NCBI RefSeq assembly: GCF_000186885.1
Contig: NC_014972.1
Span: 1,800,001 to 1,832,000 of the forward strand
Source: Desulfobulbus propionicus DSM 2032
GTDB taxonomy: Bacteria > Desulfobacterota > Desulfobulbia > Desulfobulbales > Desulfobulbaceae
Direction of reading: 5' to 3'
Length of the DNA: 32,000 nucleotides
Below, piece after piece: positions 25,965 to 32,000 of the stretch. Numbering within the stretch: the stretch's first letter is position 1; each line of letters opens with the position of its first letter. The notes beneath the pieces are model-generated. The model was not told where the DNA came from and did not search any database. It worked only from the letters and a program-made list of their open reading frames with translations. A program made the translations under genes and the position numbers.

Positions 25965-28900
25965 TCAAAAGGTCCAAGCGAGGCGCAGGGAGAGGGCATG
26001 GTCGGTGGCACCGTTGTCGCTTTGCAGGGTGCAGTCGTAGCCAAGATGGGCGAATGCGCTTGGCGAGAGGCGGGCCTCGAGCGCGGCGCCCATGACCAGG
26101 CTGTCACCGGCCAGGTCGCGTCCGGGCGTAAGGAACATATCGCCGCCGCCAGCCAGTTGGGACTGCAGATCGTCGCTGTGGCGGTTGAACTCATGCCACC
26201 AGTGCAGCCTGAGTTCCGGTTCCAGGGCAAAGGTCTTCCATTGGAAGGGATAGGCGATCCGGGCGCCGGCAAAGCCGAGCAGGGAATCGCTCGCCCGGGA
26301 GCCTAGGGAGAGATCGGCGCTGTCGGCGCCGGATTCCTGGAAGCCTTCCTCGTCGAGCCTCACCCAGCCGCCACCCACGGAAGGCCCCAGGATCCAGTTG
26401 CCGATCACCCAGTCGTAGCCGCCCTGGACAGTGGCGCCGAACAGGCGGCCCTCGTGGTCGCTGTGGGTTGCACGGCCGGCAAAGGCCAGTGACCGGTCGG
26501 CGTCGAAGTCGATCAGGCCGGTGCCGAGCGCGGCGCCCAACCGCCAGCCCCCCGGGGTCAGGGGATCGTTCCAGGAACCGTAGAGATAGGCGTGCAGACT
26601 TTTGTTTTCCCCTTCGTCGGCACTGCTGTCGGATTCGTAGCGGCTCTCGCCGAGGGCGCCGGCCATGCCCAGGATCAGGCCATCGGCCGTGGAGCGCTCC
26701 AGGCCGAACAGCAGGCCGTAAACGTTCTTTGTCGCCCCGAAAGAGGCATCGTCCGCTTCGTACCGGCTGTGATGGCTGGGGAACTCGAACCAGGCAGTGG
26801 TCGCACCCGCACGGTCGCTGCTCTCCGGCGACGGATCGAAGTGCTCCATGCGGCGGCGCAGGCTGTCGAAACGGGACTGGGCATCGTCGAGGGCCAGGGT
26901 GGTGGCCAGGCCGTGAATGCGCGGGGTCATCTCGGCCAACGCGTTGTTGAGGGCGCTGGTGGTCAAGGCCAGGTCGAGGCGGTCAAGCAGGTCGGCGAAA
27001 TCGTTGGCCGCCGAGGGGCGAACCCTATCCAGGCTGGTTGCCAAGCCGCTGTTATGCGGGATGGCCAGGCTGGTGTAGCTGTTGCGGCTGACCTCCAGGC
27101 TCAGGTTGCCGGGCGAGAGGCTCAGCAGCTCGGTGTCGAGAATGGCGGCGCCTTGCACCCGGTCAAAGACACCGGAGATGCTGCCGGCATCGAGCATGGA
27201 GAAGCTGCCGCCGTTGGTGTAGCCGTTCGGGACGAGAAGCAGGGTCCCGTCGAGCGAGGCGGTGCCGGTGACGGTGAAACGGTCGGCTTGATCGGCACCG
27301 ATTTCCATACCCAGGGTGGCGGAGGAACTCTGGGTATAGTTGCCGTCGATGGTCAGATGGCCGATGGAATGGCCGGGAGACACGGTGCCCCGGTTGGTGA
27401 CGTTGCCGGTCAAGGTGCCGTTGCCGCCCAGGATGCCGTGCGCGCCGACAGTGGTCTCGCCGCCGATGACGCCGTCGATCCCCAGTCGTCCGTGCTCGAC
27501 CTGGATCGCACCAAAGGTGGAATGGCCGGAGAGCGACCAGTCCACCCCGTGCATGACCAAGGTTTCGGCGCCATAGAAGACCTCATTTTCCATGCCATTG
27601 CCATTGAGCAACACCACGTCGGTCTCCCCTGCCATCCACGCCGGCCCAACCAGGTCCGAACCGCTTTGCAGGATGAGACGGGTGGTATCGTAGCTGGCAA
27701 TGGAGGCGTTGTAACCGCTGATCGTGCCGCTGTTGATGATGACCGAGGGGGTGTTCGCCCAGACACCAACACCGCCCTGATAATCGAGCAGGGGCTGCAC
27801 AGAGGAAGCGACCGCGGTGATGGTGCCGCTGTTTTCCAGCCATCCTGGACCCTTGATGAAGGCGACGCCGATTGCCCAATCACCGGAGACCGCGGAAATG
27901 CTGCCCGAATTGGTTACCTGCGTGCGTCCATGGTTTTCCGACCATATCCCGGCGCTTCCCTTGAGCGTGTCCGCTCCTGTTTGGGCCACGATCTCGCCGC
28001 TGTTCTCGATGACCAAATCGTTCTTGCCGTTACTGGCCCATATGCCATAGGAGAGGGTGAAATTGGCATCACTGTCGGCCTCGGCCGTTACTGTTCCCTG
28101 GTTGACGATTTCCCCTCCTTGCAGGCAGATCCCATAGGCAACAGCCTGTCCTTGCGGGCTGAAAGCCGATGCGGTGATCAGTCCTTCATTGCGGACAGAA
28201 CCGCCGGGCCCGCCCCAGAGATAGATTCCGCGCGCCGTTGTCAGCGCCTCGTCCGACTGGGCATGGGCGCCAATCGTGCCCTGGTTGACGACGCTGCTGG
28301 CCTTTCCGCCCCAAAAATCGACGCCATGAGCATTGTAGGTTCCTCCAGCGCTCCAGGGAACCGCCTGGATATCGCCGGTGTTGACGAGGTGCAGACTCTC
28401 GCCGCTCCAGGGTTCCGCGATAAGATAGAAGCTCCAAAGGTTGGACATCGAGGTTGTGTAGCGAAGACGCATGTAGCCGTCCTCTCCCCATTCCTCGCTC
28501 CAGGAATTGCGCAGTATCCAGTAGCCTAGCCCATCTTCTCCGGTCTCGTCATTGTAGCCGATCAATGCCACCGCATGATCCAGGGCTGCTATGTTCACCT
28601 GCGTGGGGACGCGAAAATTGTCGTTGAGGACACCCCCCTGGTAGTCATGCCATTCCTCCCTGTCGGAATTCACGCCAATGGTGACCGCACCGATGGCATG
28701 GAGAACGCGGCGGGTGGTCTCCACGTCATTGACCGGTATGGAATACCAATCCTCCATCGTATAACGCGGGGCATCCCAATGCTGTCCGGCAGGCTGTTCA
28801 ATGACCGTCCACTGATCCTCCTGCACTGGATAGGGATAGACGCTTTCCAAGGGCGTTCCATGTTCCACCATGGCGGTCATCGGATCTTCAAGCAGACCGC

Positions 28901-29195
28901 CATCACAGCCATCCATTCCGTCATACAGGGGGCTGAGACTCCAGACCATGAAGGCCTCGGACAGATCGATGGCCTGCTGGTCGTACAGACCGTGCGTCCG
29001 GTTCCAGGTGCTTTCCGCTGCGGCCAGCGTACCAAAGGCATAACAGCTGCCGCAGTAGGCCTGATCGCGCACGGCACCGATGAAGCTGTGACCGTCGATG
29101 TCGCGCAGGTCAAAGGAAGAAGGAAGATCCATGGCCAGTCCCGGCATCGGAGCCAGGAGCACGGTGGTCAATGAAGCATACAGTGTCAAATTCAT
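25965..29195 (-). CDS. Autotransporter (type V secretion) with N-terminal papain-like C1A cysteine protease domain
   Basis: Signal peptide MNLTLYASLTTVLLAPMPGLA; LPSSFDLRDIDGHSFIGAVRDQAYCGSCYAFG (oxyanion Gln + Cys), NIAALDHAVALIGYN (His), YWILRNSWSEEWGEDGYMRL (Asn). Gly/Asn-rich passenger with GILGGNGTLTGNVTNRGTVSPGHSIGHLTIDGNYTQ, and a C-terminal barrel ending in ...SLRLAWTF. Confidence 0.9.
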   Translation of the reverse strand: MNLTLYASLTTVLLAPMPGLAMDLPSSFDLRDIDGHSFIGAVRDQAYCGSCYAFGTLAAAESTWNRTHGLYDQQAIDLSEAFMVWSLSPLYDGMDGCDGGLLEDPMTAMVEHGTPLESVYPYPVQEDQWTVIEQPAGQHWDAPRYTMEDWYSIPVNDVETTRRVLHAIGAVTIGVNSDREEWHDYQGGVLNDNFRVPTQVNIAALDHAVALIGYNDETGEDGLGYWILRNSWSEEWGEDGYMRLRYTTSMSNLWSFYLIAEPWSGESLHLVNTGDIQAVPWSAGGTYNAHGVDFWGGKASSVVNQGTIGAHAQSDEALTTARGIYLWGGPGGSVRNEGLITASAFSPQGQAVAYGICLQGGEIVNQGTVTAEADSDANFTLSYGIWASNGKNDLVIENSGEIVAQTGADTLKGSAGIWSENHGRTQVTNSGSISAVSGDWAIGVAFIKGPGWLENSGTITAVASSVQPLLDYQGGVGVWANTPSVIINSGTISGYNASIASYDTTRLILQSGSDLVGPAWMAGETDVVLLNGNGMENEVFYGAETLVMHGVDWSLSGHSTFGAIQVEHGRLGIDGVIGGETTVGAHGILGGNGTLTGNVTNRGTVSPGHSIGHLTIDGNYTQSSSATLGMEIGADQADRFTVTGTASLDGTLLLVPNGYTNGGSFSMLDAGSISGVFDRVQGAAILDTELLSLSPGNLSLEVSRNSYTSLAIPHNSGLATSLDRVRPSAANDFADLLDRLDLALTTSALNNALAEMTPRIHGLATTLALDDAQSRFDSLRRRMEHFDPSPESSDRAGATTAWFEFPSHHSRYEADDASFGATKNVYGLLFGLERSTADGLILGMAGALGESRYESDSSADEGENKSLHAYLYGSWNDPLTPGGWRLGAALGTGLIDFDADRSLAFAGRATHSDHEGRLFGATVQGGYDWVIGNWILGPSVGGGWVRLDEEGFQESGADSADLSLGSRASDSLLGFAGARIAYPFQWKTFALEPELRLHWWHEFNRHSDDLQSQLAGGGDMFLTPGRDLAGDSLVMGAALEARLSPSAFAHLGYDCTLQSDNGATDHALSLRLAWTF

Positions 29196-29364
29196 GGTGT
29201 TTTTGTTCCCGTGATGAAGTGTTTGCCGCGTGCAGCGGTGGACGTGGACCGCGGGCATGATCGCTGTCGAGACGTCTTGGTCGTGATGAGGCAAGGTGTC
29301 CGGGTAACGGCGTTTTCAGGGGAGGGGGAGGAGGGGAGAACGAGACATGAGGAGAATACGCATG

Positions 29365-29445
29365 CCGCAGTCCCGCTACCATAGTTTCCCGTAGGCCGGA
29401 GACTTTGCGCCCATACCTTTCGGTATGTTTGCCCAGTTATCAAGA
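29365..29445 (-). promoter_or_regulatory. Class I cyclic-di-GMP riboswitch (GEMM-I) in the leader of the autotransporter gene
   Basis: Minus strand reads GATAACTGGGCAAACATACCGAAAGGTATGGGCGCAAAGTCTCCGGCCTACGGGAAACTATGGTAGCGGGACTGC. This has the conserved GGGCAAAC core, a P2-type stem CATACC-GAAA-GGTATG with GAAA tetraloop, GCAAAG..CCGGCCTA, and GGTAGCGGG. Confidence 0.88.
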
Positions 29446-29474
29446 TTCCTATCACAGCAGAAAGGCAATGTCAA
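29446..29474 (-). promoter_or_regulatory. Predicted promoter of the riboswitch/autotransporter transcript
   Basis: Minus strand TTGACA (29474-29469), 17-bp spacer, TAGGAA (29451-29446). Predicted TSS falls right at the 5' edge of the aptamer. Confidence 0.45.
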
Positions 29475-29541
29475 AACGATCGGCGTGCAATGGGTGCGAG
29501 GAGGGACGGGATTTTTCTGCCCGGGAAGGGGGGAATCAAGG

Positions 29542-29578
29542 TAAAAAAATGCCCGACAGCCGAAAAGCACTGTCGGGC
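29542..29578 (-). terminator. Rho-independent terminator of the hsp20 cluster
   Basis: GCCCGACAG...CTGTCGGGC 9-bp perfect stem; on the minus strand it is followed by ATTTTTTTAC. Confidence 0.85.
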
Positions 29579-29612
29579 TACGAGAAGAACGCACGACGAA
29601 CGGTTCTCGCCG

Positions 29613-30188
29613 TTAACTTCCAGAGGTGATCTCCACCTTCTTGACCTCTCCCTTTGGCATGGCCTTGCGAGGCATGGTGACGAACAGCACGCCGTTCTTG
29701 AAGCTGGCCTTGATGTTATCCTGATCCACGTCCTCGGGCAGGGACAGTACCCGCTGGAACGAGCCGTAACTGCGCTCGATCCGGTAGTAGTTCTTCTCCT
29801 TGTCTTCTTTTTCCTGTTTCTTTTCGCCCCTGATGGTCAGGGCGCCGGCGGCGATATCCACGGACACATCCTTTTCGCTCACTCCGGGGATCTCGACGGT
29901 GAGTTGATACTCACTGTCGGTGGCGCTCAGATCGACCTTGGGTTTGAGTACTGCCGTGCCCTCAAAGGCGGGAAAAGCGCCGAAACCGCCAACGGCGGGC
30001 AGATTGAAGCCGCGGAAAAATTGATCGAACAGTCGATCGATGTCGCGGTGAATTTGTACCATTGGATCACCGTGCCGTTGTGGATAAAAGGGGGCCTTGT
30101 GTTCGTGTTTCACCGGCACGGTATGCTCGATTTCCTCTTCGTTCTTGAACCAATTCCAGGGGGCCAGTTTTTTCAGTTCCATGGTCAT
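29613..30188 (-). CDS. Small heat shock protein, Hsp20/alpha-crystallin family
   Basis: Alpha-crystallin domain: PKVDLSATDSEYQLTVEIPGVSEKDVSVDI...GALTIRGEKK...RIERSYGSFQRVLSLPEDVDQDNIKASFKNGVLFVTMPR. Confidence 0.93.
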   Translation of the reverse strand: MTMELKKLAPWNWFKNEEEIEHTVPVKHEHKAPFYPQRHGDPMVQIHRDIDRLFDQFFRGFNLPAVGGFGAFPAFEGTAVLKPKVDLSATDSEYQLTVEIPGVSEKDVSVDIAAGALTIRGEKKQEKEDKEKNYYRIERSYGSFQRVLSLPEDVDQDNIKASFKNGVLFVTMPRKAMPKGEVKKVEITSGS

Positions 30189-30232
30189 TGCTCCTCTTGC
30201 TTCCGTGTTGGTTGTTCGGCGTATCTGCGTTA

Positions 30233-30619
30233 TCAGCCGACCTTGATTTCAATCTGCCTTGGCTTTGCGGCCTCTGACTTGGGCAGATGGAGCCGCAAGA
30301 CACCGTTACTGAGCTCGGCATGGACTTTCTCGATATCAATGCTCTGCGGCACGGAGAACGTCCGGCGGAATTCCACCTCGCCAAATTCCCGCCAGGCAGC
30401 GGCGCCGCTGGTCACCAGCCGGCGCATGCCGGACAGGGTCATCTTGCCGTTGTCGATGTTGATGGCTATGGCGTCCTTGATCACGCCGGGCATATCGGCA
30501 TAGAGCAGAATCTCGCTGTCGTTTTCAAAAATATCCACTTCGGGCGCGACAACCGGCAGCTGTTGAACAAGTTCTCCTGCCTGTTCTTTTCGGGTGACAA
30601 CCTCGGTGTTCTCGCTCAT
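30233..30619 (-). CDS. Small heat shock protein, Hsp20/alpha-crystallin family
   Basis: APEVDIFENDSEILLYADMPGVIKD...EFGEVEFRRTFSVPQSIDIEKVHAELSNGVLRLHLPKSEAAKPRQIEIKVG. Confidence 0.92.
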   Translation of the reverse strand: MSENTEVVTRKEQAGELVQQLPVVAPEVDIFENDSEILLYADMPGVIKDAIAINIDNGKMTLSGMRRLVTSGAAAWREFGEVEFRRTFSVPQSIDIEKVHAELSNGVLRLHLPKSEAAKPRQIEIKVG

Positions 30620-30664
30620 GGGTATCCTCCTTGTTCTGTGTTCGATTTTTGAATGATCGTCGAA

Positions 30665-31114
30665 TCAATTGATACTGATCTGTCGTGGTTTGGCGGCTTC
30701 CGACTTGGGGAGGGTCATTTTGAGCAAGCCATCCTTCAAGGTGGCTTCCACTTTGGAAGCATCTACCTCGTAGGGCAGGGTGAAGCTACGGGAAAAGGAT
30801 CCTGTCCCCCGTTCGGTGCGATGGATTTTAAAGGTGTCGGGGGTGTCCGATTTGCGCGCTCCGCTGATTTCCAGATAGTTGCCCTGAATCTTGACCTGCA
30901 GATCCTCTTTCAGCACTCCGGGCAGTTCAACGACGATTTCCAGATTATCGCCGGTATCGCTGAGATTGGTGCGCGGAAAGGTATCAGCGGCAACCCATCC
31001 CTGGCCGAGATTGTAGGCCCGGTCGAACTCATTGAATACGTTGTTCATCCGGTTGCGGAACAGATCCATGGCCCCCATCATCTGATGAATGTCATTCCAT
31101 CGGGTAATCATCTT
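30665..31114 (-). CDS. Small heat shock protein, Hsp20/alpha-crystallin family
   Basis: PRTNLSDTGDNLEIVVELPGVLKEDLQVKIQGNYLEISGAR...GSFSRSFTLPYEVDASKVEATLKDGLLKMTLPKSEAAKPRQISIN. ATG 31114 preceded by AAAAGGAGGAGACAAG. Confidence 0.93.
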   Translation of the reverse strand, partial: KMITRWNDIHQMMGAMDLFRNRMNNVFNEFDRAYNLGQGWVAADTFPRTNLSDTGDNLEIVVELPGVLKEDLQVKIQGNYLEISGARKSDTPDTFKIHRTERGTGSFSRSFTLPYEVDASKVEATLKDGLLKMTLPKSEAAKPRQISIN

Positions 31115-31185
31115 GTCTCCTCCTTTTCGTGAGTGTGTAGGGTATGTTCCGATCATGCATGACCCCGTCTTTGTGTTGTAGTTGA

Positions 31186-31213
31186 ACTATAAGTATGACA
31201 AATAGCCAGTCAA
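31186..31213 (-). promoter_or_regulatory. Predicted sigma70-type promoter upstream of the hsp20 cluster
   Basis: Minus strand TTGACT (31213-31208), 16-bp spacer, TATAGT (31191-31186). Confidence 0.45.
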
Positions 31214-31307
31214 TGCGACTTATGAATATTTTGGTTGCATTACTTATTGTGAAAATTTATCAATAGTAATGAAATGGTATGAATGAGCAGTAAGAAGGAG
31301 GTGTGCG

Positions 31308-31907
31308 ATGAGTGATGAACAGGATGGAAAAAAATACGGGGAGGGGCTATTGGCTGGTTTGTCCGCCGATACCCTGCGGGGCCGGCAATCGGTACGGGCG
31401 ACTTTTCGTCTGCCGTCGCAGGTGATAGCGTTACTCAGCCTAGCCGCCAACCAGTTGGGATTGAAGCAGAAATCGCTCTTCGATCAGCTAGTGGAAGACC
31501 GGGAGGTGCTGAAACAGCTCGCCCAGGCCGCCGGTTCGTATTCGCCAAGCGGTGAACAGCGGCAGCAAAAGACCTTTGTGGTCAGCCGCAACTCGCTGCT
31601 GTCGCTCGAATATGTAGCCAAGGCCTGCGGTTTGCCGCGTGATCTCCTGGTGGAGTTGTCCATTCGACGACTGTTGCCGGTGATGAGTTCGGAGCAGGAA
31701 AAACAGAAGAAAAGGCGGGCGGTCCTGGCCGAGATGGAATCGTTTCTGCAACAAGGTCAGGCTTTGTGGGCGAGCGCCGAGCAATTGCTCGGCGAAACTG
31801 ATGACACCACCAGGCAGCTCGCCATGGTGTTGCTGCACTGTGAACGGGCGGTCAACGATCTGCGCCAGGCTATTGACCAGGGAAAAGAAATCGAGGGATA
31901 TCAATAA
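31308..31907 (+). CDS. Hypothetical protein, divergent from hsp20 cluster, possibly with two ribbon-helix-helix-like motifs
   Basis: Strong SD (AAGGAGGTGTGCGATG); 199 aa; two internally similar segments, VRATFRLPSQVIALLSLAANQLGLKQKSLFDQLVED and QKTFVVSRNSLLSLEYVAKACGLPRDLLVELSIRRL. Confidence 0.7.
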   Translation: MSDEQDGKKYGEGLLAGLSADTLRGRQSVRATFRLPSQVIALLSLAANQLGLKQKSLFDQLVEDREVLKQLAQAAGSYSPSGEQRQQKTFVVSRNSLLSLEYVAKACGLPRDLLVELSIRRLLPVMSSEQEKQKKRRAVLAEMESFLQQGQALWASAEQLLGETDDTTRQLAMVLLHCERAVNDLRQAIDQGKEIEGYQ

Positions 31908-32000
31908 GCATCGCTGTGCATTGACCACATGGTGGTGGTCTTGGGTCACAATTCAACATCTTGGAAATATGAGAAATATTTATAATATATTGTTTTTACA

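Noticed and set aside
27040-28420. Repeat-like DNA in the autotransporter passenger as possible tandem repeat or CRISPR
   Set aside because: The similarity is at protein level only (degenerate Gly/Asn-rich beta-helix rungs); there are no conserved, regularly spaced nucleotide repeats.
1-32000. tRNA, rRNA or CRISPR arrays
   Set aside because: No cloverleaf-like, rRNA-like or direct-repeat/spacer pattern was recognised by eye; tRNAscan-SE and CRISPR finder would be needed to exclude them fully.

Overview
The window is mostly GC-rich bacterial chromosome, and its gene content suggests a deltaproteobacterial/Desulfobulbales-type Gram-negative (inference). Housekeeping content: nagZ, a TM2-domain gene, yaaA, a DUF493-like/hypothetical pair, an Smr-domain gene, lpxB plus a Gfo/Idh/MocA oxidoreductase, a complete liv-type branched-chain amino-acid ABC operon (substrate-binding protein, H, M, G, F), lpxK, lpxC, proC-nadK, hrpB, a TPR-methyltransferase, three tandem Hsp20 genes and several hypotheticals. 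There are two accessory patches. (1) At about 6.0-7.5 kb there is an IS200/IS605-like tnpA 5' remnant with a left-end-like hairpin. It is followed by a very AT-rich gene resembling capsular-polysaccharide-synthesis/sulfotransferase proteins, then by a frameshifted GNAT acetyltransferase pseudogene. (2) At about 25.4-29.5 kb on the minus strand there is a ~1077-aa protein with a signal peptide, an apparently catalytically intact papain-like (C1A) domain without a visible inhibitory propeptide, a Gly/Asn-rich passenger and an autotransporter beta-barrel. Its 5' leader carries what looks like a bona fide class-I c-di-GMP (GEMM-I) riboswitch preceded by a TTGACA promoter, and a small secreted hypothetical lies just downstream. 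Two GGDEF proteins are encoded in the same window. The c-di-GMP riboswitch / papain-autotransporter / small secreted protein unit is the best candidate for an undescribed system. No tRNA, rRNA or CRISPR array was recognised. All family assignments come from reading motifs, not from database searches.
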